A DNA stretch of 64,000 nt, from the NCBI RefSeq assembly GCF_009914755.1, contig NC_060929.1. One strand, 5' to 3'. The position numbers and the translations under genes were made by a program. Within the stretch, counting starts at the first letter, position 1. Each line of letters opens with the position of its first letter. The notes beneath the pieces are model-generated. The model worked only from the letters and a program-made list of their open reading frames with translations, was not told where the DNA came from and did no database searches. Source of the DNA: the human T2T-CHM13v2.0 reference genome, Homo sapiens. Shown in pieces: positions 28,349-43,152 of the stretch.

Positions 28349-31300
28349 TTGAAACTTCTTGTAACCAGATTGGAGGAGGAGGGCATGTTCATTTTCGTGA
28401 CGTTTCCTTTCCCTTAAACATCCAGTGAAATCTGACCTTTGACCATCACTTTGCTTAAAAGAAGCTACTGGATTTAAAGTCTAGGAGAATGTCCTAGACA
28501 AGCCCATAGTATGTTCCTGTATGTTCCCCACCCAGAGACCTGCGTTATGAAGTGTTTGGTGTGCTTCTTCCAGCCCCACTGTTCTTTCTAAAGTGTTTTA
28601 TTTTACATACGCTGTCCTGGCTTCTGGGCTATGACCTTTGCCTTTCTTGCCCTTTAGTTCCTTTGCCCTTTACCTACTGCAGTGCAGCTGCCTGTCCTTG
28701 GGTTGACTACAAAGAAGTCACCTTTGAACAACTTAGAAATTGTGACTTTTGGGGAAGGCAGGGCAGAGCCTTGGGGCTGAGATGGGGGAGGAGCCAGCTC
28801 TGCCCTGGGAGAGATACAAAGCGCCTGCCTGGGTGAGGCAGTGCACGGGTGGGCTTGCTTCACCTCTTTGGCCCCAGCTTCAAAACCAGCCAGTCCTCCC
28901 TGGCTTTGGCTTTAATTCACATTTACAAGCTTGAAAACCAGTTAATCCCATTAGCTCAGCTTCTAAAGCTGAAAATCGTCCCCTAAATGGGTCACCTGTT
29001 GTCATCAATAGCTTTATTAGCTATGGAATAATATAGTTTTGTTCTCTAACTGTAGGATCCTTCTTTTGCTCTTAAAATAGCTCAGTAAGTTGGGTCTCAT
29101 AAATACATACAGCAAGCATATACCAGATACTAAAATACAAAAACATTGCTGATCTTGCTTTTCAGTACTAAAAGCAGAAAATCGGGAATTTACTAAATTG
29201 AGAAGTCAGTCATTACCTTTCGATGGGTTTGGACTCTTGCAAGGCAGTGATTGTAAACGAGAGTGATCTTTTGTTGTTTTTCAATGAACTTTATTCTCTA
29301 ATTTTTAGTAAAGCACACTAGGAAATAATGCTTCAGAATTCTGTTTTCGAGTAGTTTCCTGACTAAAATAAAAATTCACTAAAAAAAACCTCTGCTGTCA
29401 CCATTTCCTTTTTTCTTAAGATAACTAGGAAATGAATCATTAAGAGTTTGCTCCGTGGCAATGGATCGGGAAGCTGACCCTGCTCTCTGTGGGGCTGGAG
29501 CCTTGCTAATGTCCCAGGATTTCACTTCACAGAGACAAGCATCAGAGGCTTGCTTCATTTATAGATCCTACTTCTTTTCTACACCACAGCCAACTCAAAA
29601 TGGTGACAGAATCTAAGACGAGGCTAGAAGTCACCACGGAGCAGTTGGAAGCTCTGCTTCCGGTTCTGGGGGCAGTGTTCCTGGCGTTGTGTCCTTTGGC
29701 CCCACCTCAGTTTGTCCGTTTAGCTCCTCAGCTGAGAATGAGATGTGTATCATATAGGAGTTTCCTGGGCCACTCACAGCCCCAAGCTGGAGAGTGCCAG
29801 CCTAATGTGTCAGGAGTAGGGGGTGAGGCCAGAGGGCTGTGTGCCAACTCCTCCCTAAGAAGCCTCCTGGGAAAGCCCTCCCAGGCACTTCCCAGGTCTC
29901 ACTGGCCGCCTGAGGCTGCAGGGGAGGATGGTCAGGCCGCCTCTTGGCTGGCACTGCTTCCCGGCGTGCCGCCAGCCTTTCTCATGGGGAGGGGAATGAT
30001 GGCATGCCTGGGGGGCAGCAGGGCCCCAGGGCTGCCTTGGGCTCTCACTGTGTCCTCCTGGTTCTGAGATGCCACCTTTGTGATCCACTGTAGAGGGATT
30101 TATTCTATTATGATCAATGCATAGAAATTTCTTCGATTTGGAGACTGAACACTAGTGAGCAGAACTGAAATTGAGCTTTAAAAGATATTGATGACTGGTC
30201 TGTGGATAGGAGACTTTAGTGTGGTTTTTATGCAGACGTCCTGCCAGCTGTAAATTCCCTGGAGGTTTGGTATGTGAGAACATAAGACTAAACTTATTTC
30301 TATTTTGTTGAGGAGAAATGATTAAAACTTTTCATTGATGTACTTCTGTGGCAGACTTTTGGAGAATTGAACCAGCGGGCATATTCAGTATTTGAAGTCA
30401 TAGATGAGTAAAGGAGGTATGTTGTAGTTTGCGCTGGCGGCGTGGCCTGTGGTCGGCAGGGCTTATCTGTGAAGGTATGTGCACAGCTTCCTAAGGCAGT
30501 GAAAAGTCCTGGCAGTGTTAGTATTGAATGAGATAATCCAAAAAATGTAAAAATGTTTACATTTTTAAAGGGATAGTTGGCGATTTAAATGGTTTCTGCT
30601 AACAAATCAAATTATTCATTGCAGAGGTAAAATATTTTCAGAATGTTAATTTTAGATGTCGTAGAGAGTGTACATCAGCAATGACAAGGTCAGCAAAATA
30701 TCTTAGCAAAACTTGATTGATTGATTCCATGCACAGGCAAGCGCTGTTCTGGGCACCGGAGACGGAGCAGTGCGCCGTTGCGTCCATCCACAGATGGCCT
30801 CCAGAGTCATGCGGTTGCAGGGAGGCCGAAGGGCCAGGGAGGCCGCTGGGTGGGCACGGCTGGGCGGTGCCCTCACGTGGGTTTTGTTGGGCTACTCTTA
30901 CTGTGCACTTTTTCTCAGTTTGGTCAGTGTTCCGCCTTGCTGCCTGGCCCCCAACCCTCGCCCTCTGAGGGCCTCACAAAGAGCCAAGCAGAAGGCAGGC
31001 TGGGGGCTTTTCAGGCCAGCCCAGAGGATGTAATGATGATGGTTGGCACTGTCCCACGGCTGCCACCAGTCTCACACTGCCTCGTGGGCAGTCCTGGAGT
31101 CGTGCGGCACCTTGCTGGTCCCTGCTCTCCTTGAAGAAGGGCCAGTGGGGCACTTCGCCAGAGCCTTCTTGTCTGACTCCGTCATCCAAGAGGCATGGAT
31201 GGCCGGGCCCCCGGCAGTTTCCATTCTATTCTGAGAAGGCAAAACAAAATTATTCCTGTCTCTTATTATCTAATATTTGTTACAGCAGTTGCTCACTTTT

Positions 31301-32404
31301 AGGTGCATTTTATTACAGATTTCAGACAGGTGTGGTTATTAGTGCAGCTTACTGTTTGGACACAATGCCAAGGTCAGGAGGACAGTGTTCCCCTGAGCAC
31401 CACTTCTGCTAGGAGCATGGGCAGGCCATGCCTCGCCATTAATCTCTCCTGATTTAGGGGAGGAATACCAGGCCACCCCCTCTTCTCCCTGTGCAAGGGA
31501 ACAGACATTTGACAAAAACGGATGCCATGTTACGCTGATTTTGTGTGTCTAAGGCAGACTGCAGCAGGTGTTATCTCCGTGCTCTTCCTTTCCTGGAGTG
31601 TTGAGCATCTCTTGATAGTAGGGGATGCCCCTGAGGGTGGTGAATGTGGCTGCACAGGTCCTGAAAGCTATTTGATGTTGCCGTTACTTCAGGTAGAACT
31701 TAAAGTTGACAGTACATTCTACTCTGCAGGTGGAAATGTGGAGTGCCATTTTGACAAATTGGAATGCCCTGTTTATAATATGCTTTAATGAGTTAAATCT
31801 GGGGGATGTGGATAGAATTTTAGTATCCTAGCTTTGGCATTCTTCCATGACTTTGGGCCAATTATTTAATAATTCCAAGCCTGCATCTTTGTTAGAATCT
31901 CTAAATTTCTCTACTCCTGTTATTATCCTCAGAACAGGACTGTGAGGTGCAGTAGGCCACATGGTGTAGTGGTTTAGGTGGACAGACTTGCCAGTGCTGT
32001 TCTCATGGATAGCCTAGGACTGTCCCTAGCTCTCTGCAGTGACAGTGATAGTGACTGGTGAAGGTGAAGGGATCCACCCAGACGTTCTTCCTGATGGAGA
32101 GAGGCTGGCCTGTGGCTCTTCCCTGGGGTGGATGTTAACCTGCTAACGTGACATATCTAGTCCTGCTTACATTACTAAGTGGTAGGAAATTTTAGGTAAC
32201 ACCTCAGACTTTAAAGTGGCCTACTGAGCTGGTAGAAAAGTGTGTAGTTGGTGCTCAGTAATTGTTGAAAAGATAGAAGCTTTACTTCAAAGCTCTTGTA
32301 GTTTGATCAGTTTGGAAAAAATATTTTAATGTTGGGCTCTGTTAACAGCTGGACTGGTGGCTGTCTGAATTGGGACCATGCTTGGGGTGAGGTTTTTTTC
32401 TTAC

Positions 32405-32705
32405 TTTTTTTTTTTTTTTTGGTGAGACGGAGTCTTGCTCTGTCGCCCAGGCTGGAGTACAGTGGTGCAATCTCGGCCCACTGCAGCCTCTGCCTCCTGG
32501 GTTCAAGCGATTCTCCTGCCTCAGTTTTCTGAGTAGCTGGGACTACAAGCATGTGCCACCACGCCTGGCTAATTTTTTTCTATTTTTAGCAGAGACGGGG
32601 TTTCACCATTTTAGTCAGGATGGTCTTGATCTCCTGAACTTGTGATCCATCCACCTCAGCCTCCCAAAGTGCTGGGATTACAGGCGTGAGCCACCGCATC
32701 TGGCC
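32405..32705 (-). mobile_element. Full-length Alu (AluS-like)
   Basis: Poly-T and both arms, ending gagccaccgcatctggcc. Confidence 0.95.
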
Positions 32706-33092
32706 ACATATTTTTTTAAATTAAATGTGATACATAAAATTAGGCTGCAGGCATGGCCTGATTTGCAGGTGCTTCATGAGCAAGCGTGCACAGCATTTAT
32801 TTGCTGCTCCTGGAGTCTCTCGTGTGTGCTTGTAGCCTAGCCTTAAGCCCTCTGTGGACGGCTTGGAATGCGTACTCCAAATGACTCTTTTGGCGGGGTG
32901 GGAAGTGGCAATACTTTAGGTGACTGACAGTTGAAATTAACCTTACACAAGAGCCAAACTGTAGGCTGATGCAGGGCCACTCACCTTTGGACTCACCCCT
33001 GGCAGGTCCTGTAAGAGGTGCTACTTGCTTCCACTTTGCCAGCTGTTCGTTGGCCCTGTTTTGTCTTCTGCTGTTTGCCTTATTTATGAAAC

Positions 33093-33181
33093 AGAATGGA
33101 AACAGGCGAGTTTGATTTGTTATAATTCCTAGGAGTCATAGAATGGAAGCAGGTGAGTTTGATTTGTTATAATTCCTAGGA
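33093..33181. repeat. Tandem duplication, 42-bp core, period 47
   Basis: AGAATGGAA(A/G)CAGG(C/T)GAGTTTGATTTGTTATAATTCCTAGGA at 33093-33134 and 33140-33181. Confidence 0.95.
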
Positions 33182-34083
33182 TTGGATAATTTGCCTTCCC
33201 CTCTCTCCATCTTTAATTAATCCCTTAAAGGAAAAGAGGACGACAGCACTTTTCCTGCAGTCATCTGTGTAGGCCTCAGCCTTAACTCATGACATAGGCT
33301 GGTGCCACTGGCCACAGGGCTGACCTCAGCTCTTGGAGCCCATGGGGTGACAGGAGATCAGCACCTTTGAGGTGGCGGCGTGAGGCGTCTTCCAGGCCTT
33401 GCTCATGGTGCTTGAAAACACTGCTTTAGAGCTTTGTTAAGAGAGAGAGGCCCTACTTACTCCTGTCCCACAGGCATTTGGGTGTTGACCTCCTTGTTGG
33501 CCTCTTAAGGAGAGAATACTTGAGTATTGAATTCGATCAGCTTTTCTGCCTCCAGGGACCCTGTTTCTCTCTGCTGAGACTGTGGCGGATGAAACCAGGA
33601 TTTAGTGGATGGTCACCAGGTAGCTTGGGCAGACCTGGGCCGCGGGGCCCCTGAGGACTCATACGTCTTTTTCCTGTTCACATGTTCCTTCCCCACACCT
33701 TGGCCCATTCTCAGTCCCTCCCATGCTCCTTAGCGTGAGGCACTCAGGGAGGTGCCCATGGGGCCTTGGGGCCTGTGCTGGAGCTGGTTCCCAGCCTCAG
33801 AAGTGTGCCTAACTGTGCCACATTCATTGGAAAGCTGCTTTCACACTTCCTGGATGGAATTCTCTCATTTTTTCAATATAAAGTCACTGAGATGATTTTT
33901 TTGGAGAAGTCTTTAAAGGCCAGTTATACATTTATTGATACTTGGTATTGACAAAGTTCAGTTGTTTAGTGTTGCTAAGTCATACTGTGTAAGTTTGTTG
34001 AGCACAGAGTTTTCATTTTATACTTTCAGAGGAGAAATGAAACTGAATTTCGTGGCCAGAAATATGTTTGAGCGTCATCCTGA

Positions 34084-34590
<507 letters not shown>

Positions 34591-35327
34591 TGATTGTTTC
34601 TCTTAAGTTCACCTTAAAATTTAGAAATTTCACCCTGTCACCCACCCCTGCTTCCCCACCACCACACATAGTAGCATATAATGTGCTCATTTTTGTAAAA
34701 CTTGGAAGTGTTCCCTCATCACACACCACTCTTGCAGTGAAGGAACAAGTGTTTTTTGACATGTGGAGTGGGGCCTTCTGGAATGCTTGGTGCAGGTGGC
34801 GTGAAGCCTGCCCCTGGCCGGCTCTATTCAGCAGCCTTCCCTACTGCTGACTGGGCTCAGTGGACCAGCAGGGCTGGCCGTGCCCCAGCTGTGAGGGGCA
34901 TGTGTGCTCTTGGTGGGCAAGGGCAACCCAGTTTTCTGCGCCTCTTTTAAAATGATACAGATTTTTGGCTTTAAACTTCAGAGTCCTAGGACAAAGCCCT
35001 GCCCCAGTGCCTTAGCTGTGGGTTTAAGAAGAGGTTGAAGGGTTTGAAGCTAGCTCTGAAAAGTCCTCAGCTTTGAAGGGTTATAGGGTGAGGACAAAAC
35101 TTGTTTCACCTCTTAATTTTGAGTTTTTAAACATTCCTTTTTTGGGCATGTCTTTAACTTAAAGGGAATTTTCTGGTTGATTGTTATACGGTCCCCTCCA
35201 TCAGTTTCCAAGGTAGTTTTATTTTTTACCCAAGGGTATAGTGAGGGCTTTCTTTTAGTAAGAAATAATGGTAGTGTGACTGCTTGGTTTGTGGTATACA
35301 TTTTAAGGCAACCACTCTTTCTTTCAG

Positions 35328-35374
35328 GTACAGATATTTGGCAGCTTTAGTACAGGTCTTTATCTTCCAACTAG
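35328..35374 (+). CDS. TENT4A: TENT4A exon 3 (VQIFGSFSTGLYLPTS), catalytic GS motif
   Basis: ctttctttcag| acceptor, AG|GTGAGT donor, 47 nt. Confidence 0.97.
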
Positions 35375-36356
35375 GTGAGTACCAGACTGCATGGCATGGG
35401 CTAGTGGGGGGCTGGGATGGTGTCTATGCAATATTAAGGGCTACAAATAGATTCTTTGTAATTGAGTCTAAGGCGAGAAATGCCAGCTAAAGGAAAAGAC
35501 TGTGGTTACAGAGGGAAATTGGCAGAAAGATTTAATTTAGTGTTATGATGAATTCATTGCTTTGCATTTTGCCTCTCACACTTAATTTGTTGGGGTGCAA
35601 AAATGCTTCATGCTGGAAATATGAAGAAGACAGGTGGGAGGACTGTGGGAAGTAAACGCAATAGAAGACATTCTGCTGATATTTTAGGACATGTGTTTGA
35701 AAAATTGATCTTATGTTTTGATGAAGATTCAAGCAAAATTCTCTTTAAATAGTATTTTCTAAGTATTTTTACCTGATAGGAAAATGTCAAACAAGTTTGC
35801 ATTCTAAAATACAAACTAGTATTTTCTCATTAAGGATTCTTGATAGCCAAATAAATTTCCTGTGCACTGTCTCATTAAAAGCTTACCTTCTATTAACCCA
35901 CTGCTAGTTAGCATTTGGAGGCCGAAGAGGCTATAATCTCAGGATTTGGGGGTTGACATTAGCAGGGCCAGTGGGTAATTGAACAGGTTTGGGTATCCAG
36001 GAATCTCTGGGTCCGCAGGAGTGATCCAGCGTAGGCAGTGCCGGAGTAGGTGCTGGGAGAGCGGGGCCTCAGCCTGGTTTGGGGGCAGGCATTTTCATCT
36101 GAATCCCCTCACATACCTAGTGCTGTTGGGAGAATGATTTAACCTTCTTGCTTTCCATCTTATGCTACAAATATGGAAGTCTTCCCTTAAGTTCAGCGAG
36201 GACTTGCTGTAGTTCATGAACTGCACTTCACCTCCTTAGGGGCCATAGGCTAGTGGGATTGTGTCTTGGCCTTTGTGGGAGACACAGGCACATGTGCCTT
36301 GGTGCTTATCCTCCCCACACGAGTGTGTAGGCTGTGGCGAGGGGAGCAGTGGCTGA

Positions 36357-36521
<165 letters not shown>

Positions 36522-37479
36522 TGACCGGGCAGGAGCCTTGTCACATCCCAGGTGGTCACAGGATACGCCTGCGTCACGAGCTTGTGGTATTTTACACAGT
36601 TATTGGCTACAGTTTTGAAGATTAATCTGCTTCTGGTATAGACATGTGTTTTATGTTTTTGTTTCATAGTCGTGATCACCAACTGAGAACATGTTTAGTG
36701 ACAGTCTGAACTTTTGGGACTTGTGAGCCCATTAAACTGTTCTTGGAATGAAAATATATGATTGTGTCTACTTGTGTTAGGATGAATAGGAAAGGAGAGT
36801 CATCTGAAACCGGACACTGACATTCAGGTGCTGCCCATTATGGAGAGTGTGGCTCAATGATTAAACCATGGTTTTTATGATTACCATTTGCTATGTTATG
36901 TTAAAGAGGAACAACTTAGCTGTTCCTTTCGTGGTTCCAAAAAATATACATATATGAAAAGCCTCTTATCTTTGGGGGAAGTTTGAAGATGAGACTGTTT
37001 CTGGTGTGTACTTGCTAAGGTTTATGTCAGTTCAAGATTATAAGCCCCCCAGGGACTATGAGGTACTTGCCTGTTGTATGACAGTTCTTAGCTCACCTGT
37101 GCGACCGGCTAGCATTTCATTTTTAAATTTGTGTGTCAACTTGTGTGTGATTCACATCCTTATAGTGTTTAGCAGAATGTAAGTTAAGGCAGGAGCTTCC
37201 TCCTGCCTGTGTGGTGATAGGGGAGGGGGCATTCACATGTTTCTCATTGTCAGGTGCTTTTGATTGAGGCTGGGGGCAAGTTTTAAAACATGATATATGC
37301 ACTGAAAAGTGCACATGTACCAGGTGCACCTCTTGGTGAGAGTTAACGAAGTGCACATGCTCATGTCACTGTCATGTGGACCAGAGCGAGCAGGCAGCAC
37401 CAGAGGTTCCCTCCAGGCCCAGGTTCCAGAAGGGGCTGTTGGCTCTTCTCATTAGCACGAGACAAGCCCTGGCCGGCCA

Positions 37480-37640
37480 CTTTCTCAAATGCTTACGGGC
37501 CTTATTGCACTTAGCTCTCCCAGCCACTCTCATCAGCAGATGCTGTTGCTGTTCACATTTTACAGGTGAGGAAACTGAGATGCGGAGAGGTGAGGTCATT
37601 AGCCCAAGGTGGGTCAGCGGCATAGTCCAGGCCGCTGTTG
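37480..37640 (-). mobile_element. MIR (other MIR-like cores near 2500, 20130, 25880 and 57420)
   Basis: cattttacaggtgaggaaactgag..agaggtgagg..gcccaaggt MIR core. Confidence 0.75.
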
Positions 37641-39017
37641 TCTGCTGCTCCTCTGTGTGTGCCAAGGGGCAGCGGGGAGGTGGGTGGGAATCCTGACCAG
37701 GCGACCACCTTTGGAGTAGAGGAACTAAGGCGCGGCTGTCCTGAGGCCACACAGTAGGTTGAGCAGTTACAGTAACTGCTTAGTCCCAGTGACCTCGTTA
37801 CTGTCGCATATTGGCTACTAAGTATCTTTTCCTCTGTTACCTGAGGGCCAGTGTAGACTGTAGGGAGAGCCTGGAGCCTGCCACTGCTCATTTCTGGGGA
37901 GCACTGTGCAGCCGGCCAGTCATGGGCACAAGAGACCCAGGGCGAGGGCTGAGTTTAAGGTGAAATCTTGTCTATTTGGAACAACAACCCAAAACTGTGT
38001 TACAGTGTTAACTCCTCACCTCCAGGATTTGGGGTTCCTGCCGTGAGTGAGTGTGTGCAAGAGTAGGGCAGGAGAGTGCCAGGAGTGATTGTGGGAAGGA
38101 GTCTATGAGATGGAAAGGAAGCTGCTTCCTAAACTGTGGGTGTCAGGGAGGCATAGCCATTGAGTGTTGGCTTCTTCCAAAGCAGTTTCTGATGAGTTCT
38201 TTGGGAAAGTATTTCTTTCTCTGCCTTCTTAAGAACATACTGGCCTCAGGGCTTACCCTGCCTGGTGGTCGCAGTGGTGTCCAGGTGACTCTGGCCCCAC
38301 TGGCATGTCCTCACACGCTGAGTCCTTGGTTGGTTGCCCTCAAGTGTAGACATTAAAGCCCAGAATAGGTGTGTACTGAATGCACTGTCCCTACGTTGCC
38401 TATCACTGGCATTTGAACTTTTCGTTAGACACTGATTGTTTTGGTTAAAGGAATTCCTTTTTTTAATCCTTCAAGGCTGAAGGAAACAAAACATTGCCTT
38501 TTCTTCTGGAAGAATTCAGTTTTACTGGTGGGGTGGAGGGTGGGGCATGAGTGTGGTCTGGACAGTTGCTCAGGCAGATTTTGAATGCCATTCGGTGACA
38601 GTTCTTGTTGGTGAGAATATTTCTAAAATAGCCTTTTATTTGCTGAATTTTTTAGGGGAAAAATTTTTTTAGTAAAGTTGTCTTAAAGAGTGAAAACCCG
38701 AAGTAGAGAAACAATATCAGTATAACATACAATTTAAAAAATGGCTTCGAAGTTACATTAAATGATTTCAAAAATTCTGCCAAATAAAAGTCTGGGGCCA
38801 AGCACCTCTCTCCATCCCAGCACATAGGGTGGGCGTGGCAGAGACTAACTCCTGTTCCCTGTTGGCTCCCTCCCCTCACGTCTCTTTGATGCTTGGTCAC
38901 CTCTGGTGCTGATCCAGGGCTACAGGGGCTGGGCAGAATGTGGGTCCTGCTGTGAGGGGCTGGGGCCTGGGAGTCGTCCTGGGTTCAGGGACTACTGATG
39001 CTGACAGTGTTCTCTGA

Positions 39018-39404
<387 letters not shown>

Positions 39405-39685
39405 TGAAATTACATAGCTGTTTTTAAAATTTGCTTTTCCTGAGTAACCATTTTATAAAGTTGACAATTATTTTAGAGAGCTTTGTTAAAATGTTCTTTC
39501 TAGTTATTACAGACTTTGCTTCTAGCTCAGTGTGCCTCATTCGCAGGTTTTACCCAGGTGGAAGTTGATAAATCATGAGGTGCCTTAAATATACTCACTT
39601 TGGGAGGTCTCAGTGCCTGAGGATGGGCAGAGAGACTTGGTTGAGCTGACATGTTTGGGACTCTGACCATGTGCCTGGTCTTAAA

Positions 39686-39816
39686 CGGGTGGTCATGACC
39701 TCCTGTTACAGTAGAGGCCGTGCAGTCCTTAGCAGGGGCAGACGCACCTCCGGGTGGTCGTGACCTCCTGTTGCAGTAGAGGCTGTTGCAATCCTTAGCA
39801 GGGGCAAATCCACCCC
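39686..39816. repeat. Tandem duplication, ~65-bp unit x2, in intron 5
   Basis: cgggtggtc(a/g)tgacctcctgtt(a/g)cagtagaggc..tccttagcaggggca starting at 39686 and 39751. Confidence 0.93.
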
Positions 39817-40332
39817 TGCAATCTGGTCCCATCTTGTTCCATTTTCAAGGGCCTTGCTCTTCAGGTTCCCCCTTCCCCCTTGTCATCTGGTCTGAGGGAG
39901 CATGTCCACCCCCAGCGCAACACGAACAGCAGCAGCCAGGCTTTCCCTCCCTCCCGCCATCTCCTGCCGCTCTGCCTTCCTTGCCAGCCTCACTCTGCTC
40001 TCCTGCTCCGGAGGCCCCCACTGTCCTCATGGCCTGTGTAGCAAGCACATAAACACTCCAGTGAACGCGCTGGTCTCTTCCTGAGTTCCTTTGTGCCTGT
40101 GGACTCGTCATGGTAGGGGTGCACCCCTGCTGAGTCGTAACCCAGGGAGAGCTCCACAGTCTCGATTTTCACAAGCCCCTCAGGAAATTAATTCTTAGCG
40201 TCCCCCAACCAAAGTTTGAGACTTAATGACTGAGAGCCTTCAGATGGGCAAGAGGATCGAGGAAACTTTCCTTTCTGTCTTGTGTGATTTGCTATGTGAA
40301 ATCTCTTTGAAAGTATGGTAATTACTCAGTAA

Positions 40333-40500
<168 letters not shown>

Positions 40501-42043
40501 TGAGACTGTTTCTGTTGAGACATGTGTAAGAGTAGACTCTTCCAACCAGTTGCCTAGTGGGTTCCAGCAGCCTTTGCTCTCCTTTTACTGTATTGTTTCA
40601 ATTTGGTAGAGGCTGATTTCTGATTCTTACAATCAAACCCTCTTGATTAATGCACCTTTCTGGATGCTCATTTTGTACTGGGTGTAACTGTTGGTGCAGG
40701 GGTGCCCGTCTGGTTCTGTGAGTCCAGTGCACATCAGTCCAAGCTCAGGGAATTCTCTGTATTCAGAAATGTCCATTTCATGGTAAACAATAAACATTTC
40801 TTGGTGCTTGTCTGTGATTTATATTGAAAAAAATTTGTCTCAGAATAAAGTTGAGTACCACATATGAGAAAAGGATTTACAAGAGAGCTTTCTCAGACTG
40901 ATGAAACATCATTATTTTGTCTTAAATTATATGTGGTCCTTATTTTGCTGAGTAACATGGAAAATCTATCAATAGAAAACCTACGTGTTTTAAAAAGTAT
41001 TGTTAAATGCTGTGATGTATTGATAAACTGTAATTATACTTTTTAAACATATAAAATCATCTCTAATTGGAACAGTAATTATTCCGTTTATATTTTCTTG
41101 AGTGAAGAATTCTGTCCTTTACAAAATCTTGCCTATATAATTTAGCCGCACGGCTGTATTTCTCCAGTGTTTACCATTAATTTGGTCTTTGTGATTGTGC
41201 TGAGATTACCGAATCTGTCCATGATTTGGTAATGTTCTCACTGTCATGAATGCTATGATAGTAGAATCACTGGGTAACTACCTGTGATGATCGCAGCTTC
41301 CTTGGTCTGTCTCTGCCAAGATGCTTTAAGAGTAGTGAAAATGGAATTCCATGTCTGTTTTCTTACAGTTCTAGTCACACTGTCCTGTCTTCACTTTCCC
41401 CTCTGAGATGTGGCCCTTATATATAGCCTTTCTTCCATAGTTTTTGGACATTATTTTGAATTAAACATGGGCCTCTGTTCTTTACTGATATACTCCTGAC
41501 TTGCACTATTTTCATGGCCTTGTAGTAACAACAGCTACTTAATACTTTGATCATGCATGTGCCATGTGCCAGGCCTGGGTCCAGGGCCTCCTCCACCCCC
41601 TCAGGGGGTCCTTTCAGTGATCCTGTGACCCCACAGGAGGCCACCACAGCATGAGTGGGATTCCTGTGTTCACTGCCACATCCCTGTGCCTTGTCCAGTG
41701 CCCAGAGCTTGTCCTGCCTCAGCGGTGTGACTGTGGCAGCATCTGAGTTTCTTGACTAAGTGAGGGGAGGAGGCCCACCCTGGCACCGGCCAGGCTCTTG
41801 GATATGTGATTTTGGCTAAAAGACAAGGAATAAGGAAGGGAATAAAGGTCAGGCCAGAATCGGAATCCTCCTCTTGTGTGGTGGAAATATGCAGAGAACT
41901 CCGGAATTCTTCTGAACCCTAAAAACATTTGTATGCTTTCTAGCTGCAGCTCCTCCTGGCACTCTGTGTTATAAATAGTTTCAAGCACCGTGCTTCTCTG
42001 AGGGCTTTCTCTCATGTGCCCTCGTCCATCCCTTTCGAGTTGG

Positions 42044-42223
42044 CACTGTCCGATAGAATTCTGTGATGGTGATGGCCACTTCTGCATGGTCCGGCAAGGG
42101 GCTGGGCGCCACATGTGGCTACTGAGTATTGCAGTGTGGCTGGTGAGAGCAACAAGCTGGATTTTTAATTAATTTGTTTTAATTCATTTAAATAGACATG
42201 TGGGCAATGCAGGTCTGGACAGC
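42044..42223. mobile_element. MER3 (hAT-Charlie), diverged
   Basis: gcactgtccgatagaattctgtgatg..ccacatgtggctactgag..tggacagc. Confidence 0.7.
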
Positions 42224-42738
42224 TGAGAATTATGACCCTCAGGAGGTGTGGTGGACAGTGGTTTACTTCCGAACAAGCCCAGTGCCTGCTTTTGAAGACG
42301 ATATGGCACTGAACTGAGAGTGGTGCTCATCTGTGTGACAAGCAGGATGGAAGCTTGCTATAAATATTGTGATATAATGCTAATGACCTTTACACAGCTA
42401 AAATCAATCCTTTCACTTTTCCGGTTTTATGTGATACTGCCATACTAGTCAGTCTAACACTGACCCCTGTTGGTTGTGCTTCAGCATAACGAAATTAGGA
42501 TGACGAGAATCTGAAATTACATCTACCATCCAGGTGACTAAGTTATGCAGAATATAGTCCAACTTATTTGCCCATATTTGGTTAATCAGATATCTGTGTT
42601 TGCAGGAAGTTTGCTGTATGGATTACCAATTTCAAAAATCAAACTACACTAAAATTCAGATGAGTCCGTTGTGTTCCTTTTGAACACTCCTCGTTGAAGA
42701 GGCTGCTGTTCAGGCTTCCTCGTGGTGCTGGTGAGTGA

Positions 42739-43152
<414 letters not shown>

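Noticed and set aside
35328-35333. AG|GT at the starts of exons 3 and 5 as recursive splice sites
   Set aside because: GTACAG and GTACCA are poor donors and are explained by Val codons; the introns are short.
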